From Octopus bimaculoides (lineage: Eukaryota), in assembly GCF_001194135.2 (NCBI RefSeq), contig NC_068988.1:33394560-33458559 (forward strand): 64,000 nucleotides of DNA, written 5' to 3'. The notes beneath the pieces are model-generated. The model saw only the letters and a list, made by a program, of their open reading frames with translations. It ran no database searches and was not told the DNA's origin. Below are positions 25,770-39,222 of the stretch, one piece after another. How positions within the stretch are numbered: the stretch's first letter is position 1; each line of letters opens with the position of its first letter. The position numbers were made by a program, and so were the translations under genes.

Positions 25770-26190
25770 GATACTCATTGGAATATGTGCTGCAAGGTCA
25801 TATTTATTCCTGGTACGAAGAAATGCTACCAGGGAAGAAAACGGATGTAGGAAGTGTGTTCATGGTAATAAGCATGACCTGGTGATCGATAAAACAGTTT
25901 TGAGGCATTGTAAAAGACATCTTATAAACACGTCTTTAACTTGGATTGACTTTCAGAAAGAGTATTATATGTTGCCTCATTCTGGGATCGTTGAATGCCT
26001 GCAGAGGTTTGGTGTTGCTGACAACACAAATTTTGTAATGCATAGCATGAAACAGTGGAAAACCAAATTGTACACAAGTGATATATTCATTGGAAAAGTT
26101 AATATTTAAAGGGTAATCTTCCAAGGTGACTCGTTTTCTCTATTACTATTTGTAATTTCACTAATTACCTATATCGATGACGCCTAGCAA
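25770..26190 (+). mobile_element. R4/Dong-like RT core fragment
   Basis: DLVIDKTVLRHCKRH...TWIDFQKEYYMLPHSGIVECLQRFGVA...SMKQWKT...VNI*RVIFQGDSFSLLLFVISLI corresponds to RT motifs 2-4 (WIDY.KAYD..PH, IFQGD.LSPLLF). It ends in TYIDD. Confidence 0.88.
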
Positions 26191-26199
26191 AGTTAAGGC

Positions 26200-26229
26200 A
26201 TATTAGTATTATTATTAATATTAATATTA

Positions 26230-26292
<63 letters not shown>

Positions 26293-26302
26293 GTAGTATT
26301 GC

Positions 26303-26347
<45 letters not shown>

Positions 26348-26348
26348 T

Positions 26349-26389
<41 letters not shown>

Positions 26390-26417
26390 GACCATCATCG
26401 GCATCATCATCATTATT
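26200..26417. repeat. (ATT)n then (ATC)n microsatellite
   Basis: Directly visible. Confidence 0.96.
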
Positions 26418-26960
26418 GAGTTAGAGAACAGTGCATTCCACCAAAGGACAGTGGGGTAAAATATAAGAAAGCTCAGTATAACCATCATGACTACCCGTCT
26501 GATAAGGGTACACCAGGCACATGCATCACAGTCATATATGCGCGACATGGTGATCTCATATCAAGAGAAACAGTGTATGACCTTGTAGCTAGGGCCCAGT
26601 AAGAAATTTCTTCGTGTCGAGTAGGCCATCCCAATCAAAAGGCCCCTGAATAAGAGTAGTTTCAGGATATTGAACAAAACACACTCGTTTCCAGATGTGA
26701 AGTATCCGAACTCCAAAGAATTTCTCTCAACACATGACTATCATACTCCCCACTGCTTCTGCTCGTCATCAGAGATGCACATATCATCAGCCACTAAGGG
26801 AAATGCTCAACTGGTTAAGATCAAACGACTGACAAGCACATCTGTGGTATTAAGCAGAATATTCGCTGTAGCCCATCGTTTATACCAAGAGAAAACAATC
26901 TACATGATAGCACATCTAGTCAGTTAAGATCAGAAGTTATAAGAGTCAGTGTCTGGTACT
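26418..26960 (-). mobile_element. About 540-bp non-coding interspersed repeat bounded by (TAA)n-type arrays
   Basis: GC-richer unit with no recognisable protein homology and sharp microsatellite boundaries on both sides. I recall this sequence as a high-copy octopus repeat; this is unverified. Confidence 0.6.
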
Positions 26961-26971
26961 TATTATTGTTG

Positions 26972-27045
<74 letters not shown>

Positions 27046-27047
27046 TT

Positions 27048-27332
27048 ATGTTTGACCTTTGTTTTGCATTTGTACAAGTTGGAGCCAAGTCTCACCCAGA
27101 GACCTCACGAGACAACAAGTTAGAAGTTTATGTAGGTGTTATGCGTAGGGTACCATATATTTGGATTTGTACATAGTGTTGTTCTAGAGAATGTTTGAAA
27201 AACCATAAGAAAATTATGTGTTTGTTTTAAAATTTGAGATCACATAGACAGTATTTTACGTAGGATATGGGCAGTTCCCATGAGCACTATCTTTTGAACT
27301 TCAGCCAATTTGAGGTTTTCTGGTATCTGAGC
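27048..27332 (-). mobile_element. R4/Dong-like 3' end, subfamily 1 (ORF terminus plus about 190-bp UTR)
   Basis: AQIPENLKLAEVQKIVLMGTAHILRKILSM* is the conserved C-terminus after the RLE domain. A (TAA)n tail follows at about 26965-27045. Confidence 0.85.
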
Positions 27333-27391
<59 letters not shown>

Positions 27392-27856
27392 GCCTTTGCA
27401 CGGTATCTAACGCTGGAGACACCTCTTATCTTTCGAGCACCTTCCAGAGTATTCGAGAGGTTTCAAGCAGTGCCGTTTTCTGCAAGTGTTCCCCCTTATT
27501 GCAGCTCCTATTTGTTCCACGCACTTCTCGAGATTTTCGCTCACTGTTCCCAGGGCTCCGACAATTATTTGTACTGCTGCTACCTTTTTCATCGACCACA
27601 ACTGCTTATCTTTCCAAGCTAACCAGTCATATCTCTCGACTTTTCTCTCTTCCTTATCGCATACCCTGTTGTCTTCTGGGCATGCTATATCTATGATCAA
27701 GCATAGTTAGTTTTCCTTCTCAATTAAGACTGTCCGGCTTCCTATTCTCTCTCTCATGGTTGCATTGAATCATAAAATCTCATAGGATCTTTGCATTTCC
27801 ATTTTCGACGATGGCTTCAGGTTGGTGGTCGGACCAATTTTAGCTCTATCAAGTCC
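27392..27856 (-). mobile_element. R4/Dong-like 3' end, subfamily 2 (restriction-like endonuclease domain)
   Basis: VENGNAKIL*DFMIQC...RKPD...IIDIACPEDNRVCDKEERKVERYD...IIVGALGTVS, then in a shifted frame EHLQKTALLETSRILWKVLER*. UTR about 35 bp, with a (TAA)n tail at 27333-27391. Confidence 0.9.
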
Positions 27857-27935
<79 letters not shown>

Positions 27936-27938
<3 letters not shown>

Positions 27939-30900
27939 TAGTTTTATTTTTATCACGTTCTTTCTCTGCACTGCCGAGTGCAGCTCTGTGTGCTTTGGGT
28001 ATATGCTGTGGGTTGTTGTGATTCCCGTATTTTTAGTGTATTGAAAATGTTTTACGTAGGATGTATGCAATGTCTATTAGTGCTATTTTCTTTATGTTAT
28101 ATATACTAGTTTGTCCCGGTGTTTTGGTATATATTTGTCTCTATATTTGCTTATCAGACATGTTGTGCCTACTACGATACGAATTGTTTCTGTTTCTAGA
28201 CTCCACAGTCGAGTTACCTTTGTTTCTTGATCTTTGTATTTTGAAAGTTTCTACGTTTCTTCTAGAGAAACTTTGTTATCTGTTGGTATTGATGCATCTG
28301 TTAGAAAACATTTTTATCTTGCTGATCTCGGATAACTATATCCGGCGTATTGGCCTTAATTTCTCCATCTGTGTGCATAGGCAAATCCCAGAGTATGATT
28401 GCTCTCCCATTTTCTGTGAACTTTTCTTCTGGCGTTGCCCATACCATCTTTTTTTGCTGTTATTCCATAGTGTTCGCATAGCTTCCCAGTGTATATATAT
28501 AGTTCCCAATTCTGTCGTGCTTGTGAATATATTCCTTCTTAGCCAGGACTGGACAGTCAGAGACAATATGATTTATTGTTTATGACCCATCTGCGCATAT
28601 TCTGCAGTTACTTGTATTTCTTTTCCTTACATTCGCTTTTTACTTTCTAGTGGGAAGGCTTTGATCTTTACTGCAATTAAAAATCATTCTGTCTCTGCTT
28701 TGAGTCCTAAGCTTCTCAGTCATTTTTTAGGATTTTGTTTTTTCTATATGTTTTCTGTTTAGTTTAACGCAGTATTGTCCATGAAGGGGCTTGTCTTTCC
28801 ATCGTTCTATCATGATCTGTTGTTCCATGTTTAGTTTGGGTCTCCTTTTTTTTTACAGCCTTTGTTGTTTCTTCTTTTTCTTCATAGTTGTTCGGTACTA
28901 TGACTTTTTTTTTTGTATTTTGTCAGCTTCCTTAGAGACTAAAAGCAGTTTTTTTGTTTTTCTCATATTTTGTTGCTATTTGTATTAGTTTTTCTTACTT
29001 AGTTCTCTCGTGGTTATTTTGTTATAGTTTTCTAGCTGTATTAGGCCTCTACCACTTTCGATAGGTTGTATATATTAAGTTTATATGTGAGATTTTGAGT
29101 GGTGCATCCTAAATCCTGTCATTATATTTCTTGTTTTACTATCTACTTTGATTGGTCCATTTAAATCCACTTAAGTATATTGTAGCTGTAACTTATAACT
29201 GGGACGGCTAGAGTACTTATACCTATCATATTGTGTTTCGGACTGAGCTCTGATCTCAGTATTAATCTAACACGTCTATAGTATTCTTCTCCTATCTTCT
29301 CTTTCATTTGTGTGTGTTGTTTCGTATCTAGTCGTTGATTGCTAAGTATTAGTATGTCTGGTTTTGGTTTAATTCTCTTATTTCATTTGCTTTATCTATT
29401 TTGATGTTGCTACTCTTAACTAGTGTTCGTCTTTTCAAGGTTGCTTTGGCACATTTTCTTAGCCAAATTTCATGTTTACATCTTCGGCAAATCCGTGTAC
29501 TGTTTGCGGTAATATTTCCAGCTGTTTATCATTTATAGCGTACAATTTTATATCATCCATATACAAGAAGTGGCTGATTGTTTTATTTTGCCGTAACAGT
29601 TCTATCCACATCCAGTTCTGTTTAGCATGTCAGATAAAGGTATCAGTGCCAAGCAGAAAAGGAGTGGAGAGAGCATGTCTCCCTGGAATATTCCTCTACT
29701 AATAGGGGTGGCTTTGGTTTTCATTAGTCCATCTTTTATCTGGAACTGTAACACTGTCAGCTATTTATTCATGGAATGTTTTATATATTTTATGATTAAT
29801 GGTGCTGCCTTATTCATGGCTAGTGTTTCTAGAATCCATGTGTGGGGAATTCTATGAGCAGCCTTTCGGTAATCGATCCAGGTCATACATGGACACTCCT
29901 TATTTCTGCAGCTATCTTCAGTTATGGCTTTATTGATCAGTAGCTGTTCTTTACAGTCGTATGATCTCTTGCAGCATCTCTTCTGCTGTTCTGGAAACAA
30001 GTTGCTTTCTTCCAGATGTTCGCTCATTCGCTGCAATATTATTGCAGTAAAGGCTTTATAGATTGTAGGGAGACAAGTTATCGGTCTCTAAGTTTGAGAG
30101 TTTGCCGTTTCAGTGGATTTGGGAATTAGGATAGTTTCCCTTCCGTGAGCCATTCAGGCATTGTCTTTAGCTCTGGTAGTATTTCATTAAATTGTTCAGC
30201 TAGCATTAATGTGTTCCTGTTAGGTATTTTAACCAGAATTTGGTAATCCTGTCATGTCCGGGTGTCTTCAAATTGCTTAGTTCTCGCAGTGCCTGGGTGA
30301 TCTCTTCAGTCGTTATAGAAATCCTGGGGTTTTCAGGTACTGTGTTCGTCGTTTTGATATATCTTTACTGAAGTTGTTCTTTCGCCGACTATATTTCTTT
30401 CCAAAATTCTTCCACTTCTGCTGTTGGTGCTGCATTGATCAGTATATTATTTTTGCCACGTTCTTGGTAGAATCATTTGTGGTTAGAGCTTGAAGTGTTT
30501 GTTTTGTTCAAAGAAACGTTGGTGTTTCTCATACCGGCGGATTCTTTGTGCTTTCGTGAGGATATCTTGCTTTAGTAGTTCTTTTACCTCAGGTATGCCC
30601 TTTTCTGTAATTTTGTATTTATGTAGTATTTTTCTTCTCTTCTTGTTGCTTAGTAGTGTTGACCGTCTACTAGTTTTATTAAGGACTGGCAGATCCTTTG
30701 TCTAATTTTCTTTGTTTTTTGTCTGGATATTATTTATCCACAAGGTTTGTTTGGGTTGTGATGCTCCTCTTTCGATGTATTTTAGGCCGTATCCAGTTTC
30801 TTTTGTGGCCATAGAGGCTACTGCATATCATTATATCATTTAGCCTGGTCATATTGACATTTGTTTGCGTGGTTCTTAATTCTGGGTTCATGCTATTTAT

Positions 30901-31545
30901 TATTGATGTTGTTTTATTATCAATTTCAATTTTTGGGAGGTACAAACGGTGGTCGATACTAAGATCTGTGGTGTTCAATTCTTTGATTATGCTCATTTTT
31001 AGAGTACCATAATCATTAGTTTCACCTTTTCCAGGTTTTAGATTTGTTTCGTATTTCCTCCTGTTCATATTTTTGTCTGTGGCATTCTGGTTTGGTGCAT
31101 TTTGCTCATCTTTATACACTTTTACAGTCCGGGTTTGTTGTCTTTAATTGTTTACTTCGTTTTTGTTGAACATGTTACATCTATCTTCATGTTTTACAGT
31201 CCCAGTGCTTATGATATCATTTGACATTGCTGTGTGGTTACTATCGTATTTTCTGATGTATTTTCCCTTTTAAGTGTTCTATTTCTATTTCTCATATGTT
31301 TTTCGTTTTGAAGATATATCTCCGTACGTTAGCTAATTTATTAGTCTTTATTGCTGTATCTACATCTTTATCTAGGTCATTTTTCTTCCAGATTTTATAT
31401 GCATATGAAATTAAGCGTGTAGGACTGAAATTATTTCTCTCGTTTCCATTTATGCTTCTTTTGTATTTTATTTGCTGGACATGAAGAATAATGTCCGGCC
31501 CTTTATTTTGGTGGTCATCATTTTTGTAGGGTACCGGTCCGTTTA
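27936..31545 (-). mobile_element. Near full-length, degraded R4/Dong-like non-LTR retrotransposon (single ORF: N-terminal region, RT, CCHC, RLE)
   Basis: Motifs in order from 31480 downward: YKIWKKND...NKLANVRR; FPEQQKRC...KEQLLINKAI...WIDYRKA...PHTWI; RGIFQGDMLSPLLFCLALIPL; SHFLYMDD (YMDD at 29552-29563); CRICADGS*TINHIVSDC; ANTPDIVIRD (PD..D endonuclease); IALIDIAYILRK...*; then about 100 bp UTR and a (TAA)n tail at 27858-27935. Many stops and frameshifts. Confidence 0.95.
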
Positions 31546-31594
31546 TTTTTGCGTTAAACAATTTCTGGTCATCCATAAACAGAAGATGGTTCAA

Positions 31595-31636
31595 TCATTA
31601 TTATTATCATTATTATTATTAGTTTTACTATTATTA

Positions 31637-31667
<31 letters not shown>

Positions 31668-31721
31668 TGTTGTTGTTGTTGTTGTTTTTGTTTTTGTTGT
31701 TGTTGTTGTTGTTGTTGTTGT
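31595..31721. repeat. (ATT)n/(GTT)n microsatellite at the 5' side of the R4/Dong-like element
   Basis: Directly visible. Confidence 0.95.
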
Positions 31722-31806
31722 AAGTGCCAGTTACGCACTGGGGTCGATATAATCTACTAGCCATCCCCACCAAGGTTTCAGGACTTGTGCCTATAGTAGA
31801 AAAGAT
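31722..31806 (+). mobile_element. Family A SINE 3' fragment
   Basis: ccagttacgcactggggtcgatataatc...ggacttgtgcctatagtagaaaagat matches 49290-49370. Followed by (ATC)n and (AGT/AGC)n to about 32004. Confidence 0.85.
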
Positions 31807-31810
31807 CGTT

Positions 31811-31860
<50 letters not shown>

Positions 31861-31940
31861 AAAGAGTAGTAGCATTCGTAACAGCAGCAGCAGCAGTAGT
31901 AGTAGTAGTAGTAGCAGCAGCAGCAGCAGTAGTAGTAGTA

Positions 31941-32006
<66 letters not shown>

Positions 32007-32929
32007 TTTTTCTTGCTACATTACAATCTAAGCATTAACCTATATATAACTAATATGGGAGTATAGCTGATTATACAACTGAAAAATGATCTGACTTCAT
32101 TACACTTATGTCAATTTTCTCCCTACGAAAATATTTTGAGTGTGTAAGAATTATCCATCTTACGTGGATGTTGGTGTATTTATGCAGTAACGCTCATGCA
32201 ACACACGATAAACAACTTAAGAGTCATGACAAGGAACGCTATATCATAGCACACTTAGTTTTTGTCAATTGCATATGGTATTCACTATAACTAAGGAAGT
32301 GCAACAACCTAAAACATTATTATCTTTGCAAAACGTATATTTGGAGCAATGCCACACAAATCATATTATTAACGTAATGTCACACCCGAAGTAAAATTAT
32401 AGAAAGAGTAAGCATAACTAAATATTTGTTGCATATTTTCAAAGTCTTTTTTTTTTTTTCACTTGACATGAGGCTATCAGATAAACCTCAATTAAAGAAG
32501 TATACTAAACGATAAGTGTTTAGGTGCTTAATTTCACAGAAAGCATTTTCTCTTGTTTTTTTTTTCAAACTGACACATGCAGCAATTACAGTGAAACATA
32601 ATATGCCTTCCTAGCAACGACAGATTTCGGTTCTATGAAGAGACCATCTATGTGACGAAAAAAAACATACTTACATTTCGTACATATTAACACAGTGTAT
32701 ACAAATACATTGCCGATTTTTCTTTTAGACATAATTCTCGAAATGCCTCGTCTTCCGTTTTATAATGTTACTGTTCATAACGGCTAAGTTAATTTATATA
32801 TACTTTATTCAAAAAGGTTGTGTGTGGTATAGGAAGCATATGATAGTTATTTAAAGCAGGTCTAGTCTCTTCATAGATGTTTTAACGAAGATTACACGCA
32901 TACATGCACACATGCACATGAGAGGAGCT

Positions 32930-33380
32930 TGATCAAGGATCTCATAGATCTCATGTTACCCAGATCGAGGGACATCAAAGCATGTGCAAGGATGCATCTT
33001 TGCCTCAGGCTAATATTAATTGGGAAGGAATCAAAGAGAGCATCTTTGATGATGATATGGCCAGACATTCCGTGGTGTAAATCCTAAATGACGTTCGGAA
33101 AACCGTCGGGACAACTGAAGTGCGTCAGGCTGGCCATATTGCTGGTCTCGGTATGCTATCAAAAGTTTCCAAGTCCAAGAACAGAACAAAGTAATGGCCT
33201 TTGATGATACCACAGGCGTGGCGAATACCACACTGTGATTCTGGTGGAGCTTCCTCGGAGATGACCAGTAATGTGACCAGCAGGATCCTAGGTTCAAAGG
33301 TTGTTATAGTCAGGAATGGTAGTAGAGATAATATGCGCATAAGACATACATTTCAAATAGTTTTGGGCAACCAGATTCGG
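32930..33380 (-). mobile_element. RTE-clade LINE RT fragment
   Basis: EEAPPESQCGIR, VLFLDLETFDSIPRPAIW, FSCPDGFPNVI*DLHHGMSG and KDALFDSFPINISLRQRCILA correspond to the RTE motifs LPESQCGFR, F.DL.KAFD, GCP.KF...HDGM and GV.QGC.LA. Confidence 0.85.
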
Positions 33381-36300
33381 TGAACAGGCATATTTATAAA
33401 ATACGCCGTGTGTCTTAAAGTGATCTTTCCGGCTATATATAAACAGGGACATAGAGAGAGAGATAGCGGGAGAGAGAGGGGAGAGACGGAGCTAGTGAAA
33501 GAAAGAGAACGCGCGGGAGCTAGAGGGGAGAGAGGGAGAGAGAAAGTGAGAGAGACATATATACAGAGGCACACACACAGGCACGCACACAGACACACAC
33601 GCACACATACGCACACACACATACACACACAAACACGCACCCACACTCTCCTACTAGACAATGACACCAAAGATTCTTTTTGAAAAACAACTTCTTCAAA
33701 ACAATCACACCTGCTTTTGCCATTCCTTTAAAAGGCTAAAAATAAACTTATCATTGAAAAGAACTAACCAGCTATGAACCCAATTTTCTTCTTTTCTATT
33801 TCCCATCGACACACACACGCACACACAAAGACACACACACCAACACAAAAAAAGACNNNNNNNNNNNNNNNNNNNNNNNNNNNNNNNNNNNNNNNNNNNN
33901 NNNNNNNNNNNNNNNNNNNNNNNNNNNNNNNNNNNNNNNNNNNNNNNNNNNNNNNNNNNNNNNNNNNNNNNNNNNNNNNNNNNNNNNNNNNNNNNNNNNN
34001 NNNNNNNNNNNNNNNNNNNNNNNNNNTATATATATATCGATACATACATATATGCTTATGTGTGTGTGTCTGTGTGTGTGTGCGTGTGTGTATCTGTGTG
34101 TATGTGTTTGTGTGTAGGATGTTTCGATTAAACATGTTACTATAGATGATTTCGTTAGTTTAGCCATATGCCTCAGCAAATTAAATCTCTCTTCATATAA
34201 CGGGTATATTTCGGTAGCAATATTTGAAGCATTTATGTTTATATCTTGATATTGGAGTAAAACTGTTTTGATTGATTGGAAATATTATCTGACCCATCTA
34301 AGAAATGCATTTTTGATTAAATAAAGTTGTATTTCAGAAACGTTTTACATGCTACATTCAAATAAAGGGCGTGAGTAAACTGTGAATGTATCGAATTTAT
34401 ATAGCTCTAAACATTACCCGTGGAAAATTTCAGCAGTTTTGACAATTTTTTCCAGGGAAGATTTGAGCTCTTTTCTTCATTGTCCTTTCAGCATTAGAGA
34501 ATGCATGATTGCTCAGATACTATTGACTTCTAATATGCAGCTGGTCAAAAGTGAAATATCGTTATTGCGAAACATTTTCTAGAAGCAGTGATATTTTAAA
34601 GAAAACGCAAGTTGTTATTGAATGGGGTTTCAGATACCGATTGAAATACCTATATTTACGTATGTTGCTTGTATACATTCTACAGGGATTCTCAAACATA
34701 TGCCATACCCAATTTTTGCTTAAATTTATGAAAATCACTTCGGCCATGAATATGTTCTCTATTTTTCATATATCTATAACCACTGGATTCTTGAAAGAGG
34801 ATAGGACAATTGTTGTGCTGATAACGCATTTGAAGCCAAATTAGCATTTAGTAACTGTGAAACATCATTTACAGGCTACGATAAATCGAACGAATCAAGA
34901 ATATGTGTTGTATAGTATTTTCTATACCTGCATTAGTCTATTCCGCTTATATATGTACATGAAACTAACAACTCAGAGCTATTTCACTTTGCTCATTTTC
35001 CTGAAATAAATATGTGTGGTGGGGTGTATGTGTGAATGCGCGTTCTTTTGTACCTATGTATATATGTACGTATATGTATATGTTTGTATGTGTGCGCACG
35101 CGCCTGTGTGTATGTGTGTGTATACACATCTATGTGTGTGTTTGCATCTGTGCGTATATGTGCAAAGGAATCTACCTGCTAATATCCTTATATCCAGTCA
35201 CCATCTAACATTATTGTTCATTGTATTCTGATATATTATGATTCATAAGTAGGAAGCAGTGGAAATTAATGTAACTCAAATTGAGAATTTTGTGTATTAG
35301 ACATACCGTTCATTGTTATACACCTTCATTCATGCTAAAATTCTATTCTTAGAATTATATTGATAGAGATATCTCATAATATAACCATTCTAGTGTTTAT
35401 TCTTATGAAATAAAAACACCCGAAGGTTAGAACGACAGATGAAATTATTTTTATGTGATATCTTGTTTCGTCTTACGTTGTGTCTTCAATTCGGGGAGTG
35501 TTTAATTTTAATTTTGTTTTCTCAAAGTTGAAAGAAGTTCAAAGAATGAGAGATTTAATCTGTTGACGCCGCACCAGCATTTGAAACACTACGACATGAC
35601 ATAAATTATATGAATAGTTACGCATTATTTGTAATCTACAATATAACCGAATCAAGACGTATACTATTTTGACTGATGAAAATTGCATTCATTATATTTC
35701 CAGATAGAAAAGAAGTGGGTTAGACCAGGGTTATATACTTACATTTGACAGAAACCATCAATTTTGCAGCAAATACAACGACCACGTTACCGACAAGTTA
35801 CCCTACACTTCCATTAGCATTGACACGAAATACATCCGACTTAAATATTTTACCCGACAGATTCGGCCTTTCTTACCTATCCTACAATGTCAATTCGTAA
35901 ATAAGCAAAAACAACATCGAAATGTCGAAGGCACGCCATAGTGAACGCCATAGTGAATGACTAAGAAGTGTAGTTAATAAGCACTACATATGACAGAGCT
36001 AACTGAATGTCAAAGAGCTGCCATCAATCATCACAAGTACCCTACTTACATTGCAGCCAATTGGTTATTAAAATAACCACTTTCAAAATGCCATTCAACT
36101 AAACATGTACACAGTGATATATGATTAGTTGATCCTATGTTTATAGCGAATACTTACTCCCTAAACACACTTAGAATTTAATGGAATCTTTGACCTCATA
36201 CATGCTCAGAACATTCTATTCAGCCTGGTTGTGCACGAAACGTATATTACGTTATCTGGCAAAAATTTATTTATAAAAATTATATATACGGTATACCATG

Positions 36301-37032
36301 TCAGTAAAAAAACAAGTGAAATAGTACAAGTTTTCGGTCGGTTATGCATGGTTCACTGCAGTCGGAGTATATTGTAAGATACTCATAGGATCACACATCC
36401 AGTCAGAGCGTTTGAAGTGATGTACTAAGCTGGTAATGAAGTGATGTACTAGGCTGCTAATGAAAATACTAAAAGTTTTAAAAATCGATTCGTGTTGGCA
36501 TTTAAGCTAAAATTATGAAGTCGTGTTATGTGTTATATGTTATACTTTAAGATACGAAAATAGATGCACGGTAAACGATAGCAGAAAGAAAACAAATATG
36601 ATATCTAGCGCTTGCATTTTGACTCACATATTACATATTAGTGACGATAAGTTCAGAATTTCCAGTAGCTATAATTTTTTTCGGAATAGGTCATTAGAAT
36701 AATTAGTAAATGCGCAACAAAAATACATTGCGTTAATGGAGAGGAAGAAATATTTTTGTTTATTATATTTTCGTTTAGTTAATTACGTTCCTATAAAAAC
36801 AACGGTGACATAAAACTGAATCGCTTTTTTAAAATATTTTAATTACAGGAATGCCAAACAAATGTATTTCCATAAATACAGATGTATACATAGAAACATA
36901 CGAAGACACACTTTCACACGCATATTTGTTGCTATGTAGAGGAAAGATGAATTAAATTTAGAAATAAGTATTTGGAAATTAAAATATTTAAATATTTAAA
37001 AAGAAAACAAGACGTTTAAAACTACATAAGTG

Positions 37033-37075
<43 letters not shown>

Positions 37076-39222
37076 NNNNNNNNNNNNNNNNNNNNNNNNN
37101 NNNNNNNNNNNNNNNNNNNNNNNNNNNNNNNNNNNNNNNNNNNNNNNNNNNNNNNNNNNNNNNNNNNNNNNNNNNNNNNNNNNNNNNNNNNNNNNNNNNN
37201 NNNNNNNNNNNNNNNNNNNNNNNNNNNNNNNNNNNNNNNNNNNNNNNNNNNNNNNNNNNNNNNNNNNNNNNNNNNNNNNNNNNNNNNNNNNNNNNNNNNN
37301 NNNNNNNNNNNNNNNNNNNNNNNNNNNNNNNNNNNNNNNNNNNNNNNNNNNNNNNNNNNNNNNNNNNNNNNNNNNNNNNNNNNNNNNNNNNNNNNNNNNN
37401 NNNNNNNNNNNNNNNNNNNNNNNNNNNNNNNNNNNNNNNNNNNNNNNNNNNNNNNNNNNNNNNNNNNNNNNNNNNNNNNNNNNNNNNNNNNNNNNNNNNN
37501 NNNNNNNNNNNNNNNNNNNNNNNNNNNNNNNNNNNNNNNNNNNNNNNNNNNNNNNNNNNNNNNNNNNNNNNNNNNNNNNNNNNNNNNNNNNNNNNNNNNN
37601 NNNNNNNNNNNNNNNNNNNNNNNNNNNNNNNNNNNNNNNNNNNNNNNNNNNNNNNNNNNNNNNNNNNNNNNNNNNNNNNNNNNNNNNNNNNNNNNNNNNN
37701 NNNNNNNNNNNNNNNNNNNNNNNNNNNNNNNNNNNNNNNNNNNNNNNNNNNNNNNNNNNNNNNNNNNNNNNNNNNNNNNNNNNNNNNNNNNNNNNNNNNN
37801 NNNNNNNNNNNNNNNNNNNNNNNNNNNNNNNNNNNNNNNNNNNNNNNNNNNNNNNNNNNNNNNNNNNNNNNNNNNNNNNNNNNNNNNNNNNNNNNNNTAT
37901 TTATATATATATATATATATGTATGTATATAATGCATGTATGTCTATGTCTATATAATTATATATATATGTAGTGTCGATTAACAGAAATTATGATATTA
38001 GATTTATTGCAATGTTTGTACTAATAAATAATTCTGTACGGAAAATTTTATTAAAACAAATATATTTCTTCTGACGCATATAAAAATACAGATAATTCGC
38101 AAAGTCTAGGGGGACATGGTTTCAAACTACTATTTTGCGCAACATATGCCTTTTTTCTCGCGTGTCACCTGGATTTATCAATGCTAATTTCTTTTCCTCT
38201 CCTTGCCCAAGGACAATATTGGCCATTGATTATATTTCAGATAAGACATAATTGCATTTTTGTGTAAGCTGCTATTTTCATATATCTCAGTTTGCAAGTT
38301 AATATATACAAATGTCAAAGATAAACTTGCAATATCGATATATAAATCTCGTAGAACGGCTGTAGAAATTTGAATATAGTTAATTTAGATGGAAATTCAT
38401 TTTAATGGCAAGAAATTTAGTGATAATTTGAAAGACAATGTGACTGACATTTATTAGAAGTGTCAGAATTTCGGCGCATATATATGTATATGTGTGTGTG
38501 TGTTTTTTTTTGTTGTTGTTACTTTGTGTGTGTGTGTGTGTGTGCGCGCGCTTGTGTATTTATGTGTTTGTGTAGATATAATAAGAGTCAATACAATATC
38601 ATAGTAGCAGTTTTATAGTGGTTGCAATTGTTTTACCAACATTTAGTTTCGAACTACATTACCGAAAGATGATTATGTGTTGTAATTATTACTTTTTTAA
38701 ATTTAACCATGCTGCTAAGCATTGTATCGGATATCATATATATGCTGTTGAACCATAGGTAAAATTATACAATCCGCAAGTAATTTCTCTCACATAGTCA
38801 TCTATATGTAATGTAGTGGAATGTCACTGAACCACATGTAGCCAACTTTAATCTTATTCTACCGATATTTTCATTCTCTTTCTTGCTGTATATAACATTG
38901 TACACAAAAGTAAGGCAATATATATACTAGTGTTTATGTGTACCAATTTGACTTTCTTAAACAGCCGTCTTGAATAGCAAGGTGTATGTGTTGAAGACTG
39001 CATACATAAGCAATACACCTGGACATTACCCGACATAAATTTACACTTATACACTCACACACACACACACACAAACACACACAGATACACACACATATAT
39101 ATATATATAATATTTCAAGTGGTTAGACGCAATTCAAAACACAACAAGAAATAATTCACTGACACGCAAATGTTACGGAGGGTGCAGGTTGCAACAGCAT
39201 CGCAAGAAATAAGTGACAGAAG

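Noticed and set aside
26730-26800. Two CTGATGA heptamers on the minus strand of the 540-bp element
   Set aside because: No suitably placed GAAA with stem II/III, so not a hammerhead.
25770-31594. Hypothesis that the + RT fragment (25770-26190) and the FMDD fragment (31545-31594) are two halves of one element split by an inversion
   Set aside because: The + fragment already ends in its own YIDD-like motif, and the flanking microsatellites are in direct, not inverted, orientation.
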